From Nemertoderma westbladi (taxonomy: Eukaryota > Animalia > Xenacoelomorpha), in NCBI GenBank assembly GCA_032718475.1, contig JAUCBJ010001142.1, positions 64,871 through 128,870 on the forward strand: DNA of 64,000 bases, in the 5' to 3' direction. Both the position numbers and the translations under genes were made by a program. The notes below the pieces were generated by a model. The model was not told where the DNA came from, ran no database searches, and saw nothing but the letters and a program-made list of their open reading frames with translations. Position 1 is the stretch's first letter; each line of letters begins with the position of its first letter. Shown here in pieces: positions 49,369 to 61,154 of this stretch.

Positions 49369-49551
49369 CAGATGATAGAAAATCTAGTAATCCAGATGGC
49401 GCAGAGAGGACAAATCTCATCAAAACTCAATGAAAGCGCTCTAAAAGATTTACTCGAACAAGTCAGCCAACAAACCGTAAAGAAACAAACTAAGGTTGTG
49501 TTCGATCGACGCCGAGCCAACTTGGACAGCGATGATAGCGACGATTATTAG
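49369..49551 (+). pseudogene. PDCD5: PDCD5 (programmed cell death 5) C-terminal half, intronless and 5'-truncated
   Basis: QMIENLVIQMAQRGQISSKLNESALKDLLEQVSQQT..KQTKVVFDRRRANLDSDDSDDY* matches the PDCD5 C-terminus (ENYLIQMARYGQL...[27 protein letters not shown]). The N-terminal half is absent. Confidence 0.88.
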
Positions 49552-49641
49552 ATCGACTACCGGTACCGACTAGGCCTATTATACTTTATTCAATTCATTT
49601 ATATTGACCTTACCGGTAGTCCAGTAGTCTTTGCATCATAT

Positions 49642-50116
49642 CCGGAATATAGTGTTGTAATTCAGGTACACGCCCCCACCCTCCACCCCCAAATTTGTAT
49701 GTAAATCATCATGCTATAATGAGATAAATTCCATGATATTTGAAACAGAGATAGTTTCACCTCCCCCTACTGGCCTTGGGTGAGCCAGAATTTTAATGTT
49801 TGCTTGAAATCGTTTAGCTACAAGCTTTTGCTAATCAATGGAAAGATGGCAATGCGAGGATTCAAAATATGTAACACAAAAAATAGGTATTGCTGAATAT
49901 GGGTATTTGAAAGTTGCATGTTTGATATCTGCGAAAGAAAGTTTTATTCAATAAAAAAAATGCACATAATTCTTAGTCACCAAGTAAGGAGGAGGGAGGT
50001 GAAACCTCTTTATTAAGATTCATATAATTTTTAGAATATTTTTGTGGGAGGGAGGAGGGGGGGGGGGGGGGTGAACCGAATTATAACACTTGATTATCAT
50101 TCCGAGAGATGGTGTA
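49642..50116. mobile_element. Degenerate, internally deleted copy of the 33748-35447 MITE family
   Basis: Shares ggaatatagtgt, tttgaaacagagatagtttcacctccc, gggtgagccagaatttt and the inverted ggagggaggtgaaac...atggtgta. Confidence 0.7.
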
Positions 50117-50428
50117 ATTAAGCATATTAAATCATTGTAAGTTTATAATTTTCAATAGTGGCTATAGACTATTTCTGTATTATTATTTACCGATAAAACA
50201 GAAATGATCCTTTTTAACCTGCTGCGAAGTGTCCGCCATTGTATTCTATTGGTTTCCGTATATTAAGTGATGTGTGATATTCTAGAAGTCTTACAGTTTA
50301 ATTATATTTTATAATCTTTGTACTCGATTATTTCGTTTTGGATATTCGCAATCTACTGTTAATGTTCTTCCATGATTGTTTTAGAATTTCCTTCTCACTT
50401 ATGTTTTAAGGTAATAATTTTTATTATT

Positions 50429-50561
50429 TATTACATGGGAAAAAAGTTATAACTTTTTCGCTCGCTATTCTCGATGCATTTTATTTACCAAGCGCCAGCG
50501 AGGTTAATAAAGGGTCGCGAGAATATTGAAAAAATGTTCTCAGTTTTTTTCCCATGTAATA
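50429..50561. repeat. 133-bp imperfect palindrome
   Basis: Perfect 17-bp outer arms TATTACATGGGAAAAAA / TTTTTTCCCATGTAATA, with inner TATTCTCG / CGAGAATA. Confidence 0.7.
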
Positions 50562-51246
50562 CGTAATTTTATTCTTAAATTGGCACTTTTTTGTTGCTCA
50601 ATTCTTTAATAAAACGATACAGCGATATAGTGGTACAAAATAAATTGAAGCTGCAGTATTTTACTATATTGCTTCCATAGTTACTGCAATTCATATTATT
50701 GTAGTATTCAACTCCTGATGCTGCCTTACTCAATGTTAAATAATTTAGTGTTCTCGAATATTTATTAAGTAACTAGAGAGCCGCTTAACTAACCATAAAC
50801 CAATATTGGATATTGAGTTTCGATTTTGAGTTCGCCGGGCAGACACTAAAGTTCAGTGTGTGAATGGATTTTGCTCAATTTACTTGCACACCTTTTCTAC
50901 GAGGTGCTCTTTCAATATATTTAATAAAATATAAGAAATTCTTCAAAAATATTTAATTTCACTTTTTTTCGCCGGGAAAATTAAAATCAATGCAATCCTA
51001 CTTTGCTAAGTTCAAAAGTAGTATTAGCAACATTCACCAGTCTATGCTAAAGCACACCGCTTTATCACATCGCTAAAACAGCACGTACTCATTTTGGGAT
51101 TTGTTTCTAGTTGGCATTGGAAACGGAAACCTCAACCTCAGGTATTGGTCTGTCTCTGCCAACCGAACCACTGAGCGATGGCCTAGGTCCATCAGACGCC
51201 ATTATGATATTTATAGAAATAGTTTTATACAGAAATAAACAAGCGA

Positions 51247-54200
51247 TACACAGCAGTGTGTTGTACCTAATGCATTGCCTACAACTACAATACACAGCAG
51301 TTTGTTGTACCTAATGCATTGCCTACAATACACAGCAGTTTGTTGTACCTAATGCATTGCCTACAATACACAGCAGTTTGTTGTACCTAATGCATTGCCT
51401 ACAACTACAATACACAGCAGTTTGTTGTACCTAATGCATTGCCTACAACTACAATACACAGCAGTTTGTTGTACCTAATGCATTGCTTACAACTACAATA
51501 CACAGCAGTTTGTTGTACCTAATGCATTGCTTACAACTACAATACACAGCAGTTTGTTGTACCTAATGCATTGCAATACACATCAGTTTGTTGTACCTAA
51601 TGCATTGCAATACACAGCAGTTTGTTGTACCTAATGCATTGCAATACACATCAGTTTGTTGTACCTAATGCATTGCCTACAATACACAGCAGTTTGTTGT
51701 ACCTAATGCATTGCTTACAACTACAATACACAGCAGTTTGTTGTACCTAATGCATTGCCTACAACTACAATACACAGCAGTTTGTTGTACCTAATGCATT
51801 GCCTACAATACACAGCAGTTTGTTGTACCTAATGCATTGCAATACACATCAGTTTGTTGTACCTAATGCATTGCAATACACAGCAGTTTGTTGTACCTAA
51901 TGCATTGCTTACAACTACAATACACAGCAGTTTGTTGTACCTAATGCATTGCCTACAATACACAGCAGTTTGTTGTACCTAATGCATTGCTTACAACTAC
52001 AATACACAGCAGTTTGTTGTACCTAATGCATTGCCTACAACTACAATACACAGCAGTTTGTTGTACCTAATGCATTGCCTACAACTACAATACACAGCAG
52101 TTTGTTGTACCTAATGCATTGCTTACAACTACAATACACAGCAGTTTGTTGTACCTAATGCATTGCCTACAATACACAGCAGTTTGTTGTACCTAATGCA
52201 TTGCTTACAACTACAATACACAGCAGTTTGTTGTACCTAATGCATTGCCTACAACTACAATACACAGCAGTTTGTTGTACCTAATGCATTGCCTACAACT
52301 ACAATACACAGCAGTTTGTTGTACCTAATGCATTGCCTACAATACACAGCAGTTTGTTGTACCTAATGCATTGCTTACAACTACAATACACAGCAGTTTG
52401 TTGTACCTAATGCATTGCCTACAACTACAATACACAGCAGTTTGTTGTACCTAATGCATTGCCCTACAATACACAGCAGTTTGTTGTACCTAATGCATTG
52501 CTTACAACTACAATACACAGCAGTTTGTTGTACCTAATGCATTGCCTACAACTACAATACACAGCAGTTTGTTGTACCTAATGCATTGCCTACAATACAC
52601 AGCAGTTTGTTGTACCTAATGCATTGCCTACAACTACAATACACAGCAGTTTGTTGTACCTAATGCATTGCCTACAATACACAGCAGTTTGTTGTACCTA
52701 ATGCATTGCTTACAACTACAATACACAGCAGTTTGTTGTACCTAATGCATTGCTTACAACTACAATACACAGCAGTTTGTTGTACCTAATGCATTGCCTA
52801 CAATACACAGCAGTTTGTTTACCTTATGCATTGCCTACAACTACAATACACATCAGTTTGTTGTACCTAATGCATTGCCTACAACTACAATACACAGCAG
52901 TTTGTTGTACCTAATGCATTGCCTACAATACACAGCAGTTTGTTGTACCTAATGCATTGCTTACAACTACAATACACAGCAGTTTGTTGTACCTAATGCA
53001 TTGCCTACAACTACAATACACAGCAGTTTGTTGTACCTAATGCATTGCCTACAACTACAATACACAGCAGTTTGTTGTACCTAATGCATTGCCTACAATA
53101 CACAGCAGTTTGTTGTACCTAATGCATTGCCTACAATACACAGCAGTTTGTTGTACCTAATGCATTGCCTACAATACACAGCAGTTTGTTGTACCTAATG
53201 CATTGCCTACAACTACAATACACAGCAGTTTGTTGTACCTAATGCATTGCCTACAACTACAATACACAGCAGTTTGTTGTACCTAATGCATTGCCTACAA
53301 TACACAGCAGTTTGTTGTACCTAATGCATTGCCTACAATACACAGCAGTTTGTTGTACCTAATGCATTGCCTACAATACACAGCAGTTTGTTGTACCTAA
53401 TGCATTGCCTACAACTACAATACACAGCAGTTTGTTGTACCTAATGCATTGCCTACAACTACAATACACAGCAGTTTGTTGTACCTAATGCATTGCCTAC
53501 AATACACAGCAGTTTGTTGTACCTAATGCATTGCCTACAATACACAGCAGTTTGTTGTACCTAATGCATTGCAATACACATCAGTTTGTTGTACCTAATG
53601 CATTGCCTACAATACACAGCAGTTTGTTGTACCTAATGCATTGTAATACACATCAGTTTGTTGTACCTAATGCATTGCCTACAATACACAGCAGTTTGTT
53701 GTACCTAATGCATTGCTTACAACTACAATACACAGCAGTTTGTTGTACCTAATGCATTGCCTACAACTACAATACACAGCAGTTTGTTGTACCTAATGCA
53801 TTGCCTACAACTACAATACACAGCAGTTTGTTGTACCTAATGCATTGCCTACAATACACAGCAGTTTGTTGTACCTAATGCATTGCCTACAACGACAATA
53901 CACAGCAGTTTGTTGTACCTAATGCATTGCCTACAATACACAGCAGTTTGTTGTACCTAATGCATTGCCTACAACTACAATACACAGCAGTTTGTTGTAC
54001 CTAATGCATTGCCTACAACTACAATACACAGCAGTTTGTTGTACCTAATGCATTGCCTACAATACACAGCAGTTTGTTGTACCTAATGCATTGCCTACAA
54101 CTACAATACACAGCAGTTTGTTGTACCTAATGCATTGCCTACAACTACAATACACAGCAGTTTGTTGTACCTAATGCATTGCCTACAATACACAGCAGTT

Positions 54201-56421
54201 TGTTGTACCTAATGCATTGCCTACAACGACAATACACAGCAGTTTGTTGTACCTAATGTATTGCCTACAACTACAATACACAGCAGTTTGTTGTACCTAA
54301 TGCATTGCCTACAATACACAGCAGTTTGTTGTACCTAATGCATTGCAATACACAGCAGTTTGTTGTACCTAATGCATTGCAATACACAGCAGTTTGTTGT
54401 ACTCAATGCATTGCAATACACAGCAGTTTCTTGTACCTAATGCATTGCCTACAATACACAGCAGTTTGTTGTACCTAATGCATTGCCTACAATACACATC
54501 AGTTTGTTGTACCTAATGCATTGCCTAAAATACACAGCAGTTTGTTGTACCTAATGCATTGCCTACAACTACAATACACAGCAGTTTGTTGTACCTAATG
54601 CATTGCAATACACATCAGTTTGTTGTACCTAATGCATTGCAATACACAGCAGTTTGTTGTACCTAATGCATTGCCCAATACACAGCAGTTTGTTGTACCC
54701 AATGCATTGTCAATACACAGCAGTTTCTTGTACCTAATGCATTGCCTACAATACACAGCAGTTTGTTGTACCTAATGCATTGCCTACAATACACAGCAGT
54801 TTGTTGTACCTAATGCATTGCCTACAATACACAGCAGTTTGTTGTACCTAATGCATTGCAATACACAGCAGTTTGTTGTACCTAATGCATTGCCTACAAT
54901 ACACAGCAGTTTGTTGTACCTAATGCATTGCAATACACAGCAGTTTCTTGTACCTAATGCATTGCCTACAATACACAGCAGTTTGTTGTACCTAATGCAT
55001 TGCCTAAAATACACAGCAGTTTGTTGTACCTAATGCATTGCCTAAAATACACAGCAGTTTGTTGTACCTAATGCATTGCCTACAATACACAGCAGTTTGT
55101 TGTACCTAATGCATTGCAATACACAGCAGTTTCTTGTACCTAATGCATTGCCTACAATACACAGCAGTTTGTTGTACCTAATGCATTGCCTAAAATACAC
55201 AGCAGTTTGTTGTACCTAATGCATTGCCTACAATACACAGCAGTTTGTTGTACCTAATGCATTGCAATACACAGCAGTTTCTTGTACCTAATGCATTGCC
55301 TACAATACACAGCAGTTTGTTGTACCTAATGCATTGCCTAAAATACACAGCAGTTTGTTGTACCTAATGCATTGCCTACAATACACAGCAGTTTGTTGTA
55401 CCTAATGCATTGCAATACACAGCAGTTTCTTGTACCTAATGCATTGCCTACAATACACAGCAGTTTCTTGTACCTAATGCATTGCCTACAATACACAGCA
55501 GTTTGTTGTACCTAATGCATTGCAATACACAGCAGTTTGTTGTACCTAATGCATTGCCTACAATACACAGCAGTTTGTTGTACCTAATGCATTGCAATAC
55601 ACAGCAGTTTGTTGTACCTAATGCATTGCCTACAATACACAGCAGTTTGTTGTACCTAATGCATTGCCTACAATACACAGCAGTTTGTTGTACCTAATGC
55701 ATTGCCTACAATACACAGCAGTTTGTTGTACCTAATGCATTGCCTACAACTACAATACACAGCAGTTTGTTGTACCTAATGCATTGCAATACACATCAGT
55801 TTGTTGTACCTAATGCATTGCAATACACAGCAGTTTGTTGTACCTAATGCATTGCAATACACAGCAGTTTGTTGTACCCAATGCATTGCAATACACAGCA
55901 GTTTCTTGTACCTAATGCATTGCCTACAATACACAGCAGTTTGTTGTACCTAATGCATTGCAATACACAGCAGTTTGTTGTACCTAATGCATTGCCTACA
56001 ATACACAGCAGTTTGTTGTACCTAATGCATTGCAATACACAGCAGTTTGTTGTACCTAATGCATTGCCTACAATACACAGCAGTTTCTTGTACCTAATGC
56101 ATTGCAATACACAGCTGTTTGTTGTACCTAATGCATTGCAATACACAGCAGTTTGTTGTACCCAATGCATTGCAATACACAGCAGTTTGTTGTACCTAAT
56201 GCATTGCAATACACAGCAGTTTGTTGTACCCAATGCATTGCAATACACAGCAGTTTCTTGTACCCAATGCATTGCAATACACAGCAGTTTCTTGTACCCA
56301 ATGCATTGCAATACACAGCAGTTTCTTGTACCTAATGCATTGCAATACACAGCAGTTTCTTGTACCTAATGCATTGTCTACAATACACAGCAGTTTCTTG
56401 TACCTAATGCATTGCCTACAA
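51247..56421. repeat. 5.2-kb minisatellite with a 34-bp core AATACACAGCAGTTTGTTGTACCTAATGCATTGC and 38- and 44-bp variants
   Basis: Directly visible; units differ by optional CTAC and AACTAC inserts. Confidence 0.97.
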
Positions 56422-57900
56422 TTTACGCTTTTCAAAATTGGCCCTTATTTGTCTTTGGGCACATTTTTTTTTCTTTTCTAAACAAAAATGGGATTTTCGA
56501 AATCCTCTTTCTACAGTAATTGTTTAGAAAGTTTTCACTGTGAACATTTTGAAAAAAACTAACCATGGCTACTTTGCTGAACAAATGAATATGGGTCGGA
56601 TTCCTGTAATATTTCAATATGTTATAGTGTTAGTGTGCGACTTAATTTGTTGCTTGTAATATTTTATATAATTTATTTTTATCTTTAAATTTTGGAGTAA
56701 ATTGTTGAGTCAGGGTACATTGTCCTTATTGAAACAATCTTTAGCTTGCGCTGTCAGCTCACAATAATTCGTCTTCACAATGGTAAAATAACGCGAGAAA
56801 CTGTACCCCGCATGTAACCGTGTAAACCATAGACCTTCTGCTCTAAATTATTAATCTGTAACACCGCCCTACGCATCTCTGATTACTCTACTATTCATTC
56901 TATAGTCTAGCTTCTTTCAAAACTATGCTTAAGTCACATTATTTTCTTAAGGCTTTTCCGAACTAATATTATGTAATGTACGTGTAAATGCGCATTAGAC
57001 CTATTTATTTATAGATAGTGCGCTATATAAATTTGGTGTTATTATTATTATTATTATTTAATTCACCCAAACAAATAAGTTAAAGCTACCGCAGTATTTC
57101 AATTATAAATTACTCCTTCATTTCAAATTAACTATTTGTTACATATAAATCAAATAGCGCTTTATTTCCCGTCATCCCGGAAATGTATAATTTGCCGAGC
57201 AAGCGTTGGTTTGATTATATATCAACCTAACAGAGATGAAGAAAAAGCTATTTCTTCGCTAAAAAAAAGCTACAAATCCGCAATTTATATGGACATTAGA
57301 ACCTTATCTATATTATGTGTTATACGTAAATGTATTAATGTGATATATTTTTTATTGGAGTCTATCCTCGTTACGTACAGTATTACCGCATTATAATGTA
57401 TTACGCCTGGTTTAGTTAACACTGTTTTCAAATCAAGTGAATATCTGAATCAGTCAGTCAGTAGACAGTTTCAGTTTCATAATAATAATAATAAAACCCT
57501 GTAAAGGAATAAATAATTGTGCCCTTTGCACTTTGCAACATGCAATCAATAAGTCTCACTCTCAATATCAGAATATCTTATTGAATACTGTGCTGTACTG
57601 TACTTTACATGTTACTATTGTCTTCGATTCTGGATGCTGATAAATCATATAGGCCTACCGAACTGGATAATGATTCGCGTACTTTGGTGCTCGGATGATG
57701 ATAGCTCAATCCGGACTCGATACCATTCGATACACCGAAGGAAATGTAACACGTTTTGATATTATTAGGCCTACTCCTCAGAAACTGACACTGACACCAG
57801 ACAGACCTCGCTACCTATATGGTAGTAGAACCGGAACTACTGAACTAGTTACCGGTAGAACACACTTTCCATCTACTCACATTCCACCAAATACTGAAAT

Positions 57901-59754
57901 ATGCCTGACATTGCCTCCGATGATGTTGTTTCCACAAGTAAAGTTTATACAGATTCACAATCTACAATAACACCGGCACCTTTAGGCTTGAGTCTGTTGT
58001 TGCAGCCGGAGACAGTAAGGGATAACGGTGTGAGTAACCAGGTGCTGCTACTCCAAACCGAACTAAATGCAATGAAACCGCCTCCCTTGCGGAAACAGAT
58101 TAGTATGGATCAAATGATTCTGTTAGATAAACCGCCACAACGATTGCGTCACCACGGGCGGTCGCGGTCCGACGCTACCGGTATGTCTGCGACCGAACGA
58201 CGCCATCTACTGGCGATCCACGCAGCCGGTAAGTCGATACACTCCAGCATAGAGGAGGACTTGAACTCCAGTCTGGGGCAGTACGGCGGCCAATGTTCCA
58301 GCCCCTTCTCTAAACCGCTACAAGGCCAATCCTTGAAGGATTACCTCTCCAATCAGGACTTCTCTACCTGTACCGAGTTGGACAGAGAGAACGCGCACTT
58401 CGTTATTAGCGAAGCGTTAATGGCCGCTATAGAGACGATGAAGTGCAACTACGGAAGGAGTTTAATCCGTTACGATGACGGGAGATCTTCCGACGACGAG
58501 GAAGTAACTTCGCACGGTCGTCGGAGGAACCCCCGACGTAGAGCCACGAGAGACACGAGCGTGGCGGAGGTGAGCAGCCCCCAGCGCTCGTCCGGAGACA
58601 GCTACTGCAGCAACGAGTTGAGTATCTCGTCGGACAACCTGCTGGGGACCCCCCAGGGTTCCCTCGTGCCGCCAACGGAGTCGGCCCCCTTCACCTCCGC
58701 GGAATCCGTCGCTCTCAACCTCCTCAAGAGCTTCTCGGAGACGCAACTGCCCCGAGCCGACGAACTGGATTGGCTGATCCCAGAGGGGGCGGTCCCCCAA
58801 CAGCTGCTGCCCCTCCCGGACAGCGTGGCCGTGTCGGACACCCCCCCGGCTACGGGGGGCAGCCCGTCCCCCTGCGGGGGGGCCAACCGTCTGCGCGGCA
58901 ACGCGGACTGGGCTCCGCCCCGCCCCCAAATAATCTTCCAGATCCACTCGCGAGCGAAACCCGCCGAGTTGCTCCTGCGACAAGGCCAGCGCTGCGCCGG
59001 CTGCGGCTCCATCGTCCACCCCAAGTACATCAAACGCCTCAGATATTGCGAGTACCTAGGCAGACTCTTCTGCTTCTGCTGCCACGCGAACCGGACTTCC
59101 ACGGTCCCCTCCCACGTCCTACACCGCTGGGATTTCGCAGAATTCCCGGTATCCAACTTCTCTTACGATCTTCTCTCCCGGATCCACGCCGATCCCATAT
59201 TCGATATCAGCTGTTGGAACGGCGAGCTCTACAGCAAAGTCAAACCGATGGCCGGTATGTTGCGATACCGGAAGCAGCTCTACATCCTAAAGGACTACAT
59301 CCTAACGTGCCGTTACGCTAAAGGCTTGCACCTCTCGTACACGGAGCTGCCCGCCCATCTGCTCTCCACCAACTACCACGTGTACTCGCTGCGGTGTCTG
59401 CTGGGCGTCCGCTCGGGGGTCCTCAACCACGTGTGTCGGGAGTTGGTCCGTCTCTCGGTCGCCCACGTTAAGGTCTGCTCGCTGTGTCGGACCCGCGGGT
59501 TCATCTGCGAGCTCTGCGACAACGAGGACTCGCTGGTCTACCCGTTCCACTTGGATCGCTCCCGGCAGTGCCCCGATTGCGGCTCCTGTTTCCATAAGAA
59601 GTGTTTCGTTAAGGCGGACGCCGGCTGTCCGAGGTGCGTCCGGTTGGAGAGCAGACGGCGTCGGACAGGCAGCGTCGTATCCTTTACCGAACCGGAAACT
59701 ATTCCGTCCAGTGATACCGAAGTCTCTGATCTTCCTAATAATAGTGAAGTTTAA
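57901..59754 (+). CDS. RUBCN: Rubicon/Pacer-family autophagy regulator (PI3K-binding region and Cys-rich Rubicon-homology domain), single exon, no RUN domain, 617 aa
   Basis: ELDRENAHFVISEALMAAIETMK, SAESVALNLLK, DWLIPEGAVPQQLLPLP, RGNADWAPPRPQIIF, QRCAGCG, RYCEYLGRLFCFCCH, RWDF, HVKVCSLCRTRGFICELC, CPDCGSCFHKKC...CPRC. Confidence 0.9.
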   Translation: MPDIASDDVVSTSKVYTDSQSTITPAPLGLSLLLQPETVRDNGVSNQVLLLQTELNAMKPPPLRKQISMDQMILLDKPPQRLRHHGRSRSDATGMSATERRHLLAIHAAGKSIHSSIEEDLNSSLGQYGGQCSSPFSKPLQGQSLKDYLSNQDFSTCTELDRENAHFVISEALMAAIETMKCNYGRSLIRYDDGRSSDDEEVTSHGRRRNPRRRATRDTSVAEVSSPQRSSGDSYCSNELSISSDNLLGTPQGSLVPPTESAPFTSAESVALNLLKSFSETQLPRADELDWLIPEGAVPQQLLPLPDSVAVSDTPPATGGSPSPCGGANRLRGNADWAPPRPQIIFQIHSRAKPAELLLRQGQRCAGCGSIVHPKYIKRLRYCEYLGRLFCFCCHANRTSTVPSHVLHRWDFAEFPVSNFSYDLLSRIHADPIFDISCWNGELYSKVKPMAGMLRYRKQLYILKDYILTCRYAKGLHLSYTELPAHLLSTNYHVYSLRCLLGVRSGVLNHVCRELVRLSVAHVKVCSLCRTRGFICELCDNEDSLVYPFHLDRSRQCPDCGSCFHKKCFVKADAGCPRCVRLESRRRRTGSVVSFTEPETIPSSDTEVSDLPNNSEV

Positions 59755-61028
59755 GTAATTTAATCTAATATTCATTCGTTTAACTAAATTATCCATCTGT
59801 AACTAAATAATTATATTCTATAATATTTCGTTAGATTGAGTTTCTCCTCTTATTTCAGTTATTTTTATAATATTTAATATAAACTTTGTTTTATCCTGTA
59901 AATCCAGAATAGCCGATTAAATTGTAGAATTATCTCTATGTACCATAGCACCATAATTATTACGTGTTTATATCAATTTATTAATCTATTTTTATAATAA
60001 ATATTATAAATTAATTTTTCTCTTGTAAATATTTAGTTCTATAGAATATAAACAAACTAATTGATTTAATTAACGAATTGGATCTGGTCTTTATTTTCCT
60101 CAGTGCAGTGCCAAGTTAGTTGGGATAAAACTTTTAGTTCTCCAAATATTTACTAAATGTGCCTTTTATACAATGTTCTAATGGCGTGGAATCGGTGGAA
60201 TCATTATTATGTAATAATGAACAACTTTTTAAAACGTTACCACCATTTACTTGCGAGGGTAAATGTGTAAGTGATTAAACACAATAAATTCGATTGATTT
60301 TGTAATTTCTGAAACAACTTTCACCTCATAAATCGAGTTTCTATACGACGGACTATTTTGTTCCATTATTTATAAGTACATTTTATCGATGTATTATTGT
60401 TGTAAAAATATACCATAGGATTGGCTTGACATTTAAGTGTTAATTTAATTTATAAGACCATATTTTTTCGACTGCATTACTTATGTAAAGCAATAAATAC
60501 TCGAGTTTCATTCAAAGTAACATTTTATTTATTTTTAATTCTTCAGTGTCATTACGTGTTATTTAAGTTTTAATAAGTAATTCATAAATAATGAATAACT
60601 GTACCGAATGTCCACTATTTCTCGGGCCATATTCAGACCCACCTACCTCAAGTTATTTATTATATATATATATATCGGGAGGAGTTAGTTGTAACCGTAC
60701 TCGCGAGCATATCTGTGAGTAAATCAACTCTAGAATCGTGAGCGCGGTTTACGGCAGCAGCAAGATTGGGGATTGTTAGAAGACTTAGACAAGCCAGTTG
60801 TATTCGGTGGCTTGCGAGCAATGTGCTGCTAATACGAGCAACCTGTCCTACACCAACCGACCTAAAATTTTACAATTTAAATTACAATTTCAATCCATTT
60901 CAATTTTTATTACGACTATAAAGACCCTATTGGAGGATGTTTACTTCCAAGAGTGGTAAACGTTTTCGAGAAACAGAGTGTGAAGAGTTTAATTCGCAAT
61001 GATATTAACACTGTAACTTTTATTATAG

Positions 61029-61154
61029 ATCATTCGAGAAACGCGATCGTCTAAGGATTCACGTGTTACATGTCCACGAGAAACACAGACCCCATCACTG
61101 CACTATCTGCAACAAAAGGTTCAGCCAGTCCAGTTCTCTTAACAAACACATCAG
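61029..61154 (+). CDS. PRDM14: PRDM14 C2H2 zinc-finger exon (internal)
   Basis: ttattatag|A TCA TTC...ATC AG|gtaaag; translates SFEKRDRLRIHVLHVHEKHRPHHCTICNKRFSQSSSLNKHI(R), nearly identical to the vertebrate PRDM14 fingers. Confidence 0.92.

Noticed and set aside
51247-56421. CRISPR-like appearance (constant ~34-bp repeat with variable gaps) and several Cys-rich ORFs
   Set aside because: The gaps are only 0, 4 or 10 nt of fixed sequence, not unique spacers; there are no cas genes and the context is eukaryotic. The ORFs are repeat translations.
58427-59796. Several antisense and alternate-frame ORFs over the Rubicon gene
   Set aside because: Shadows of GC-rich coding sequence with no recognisable motifs.
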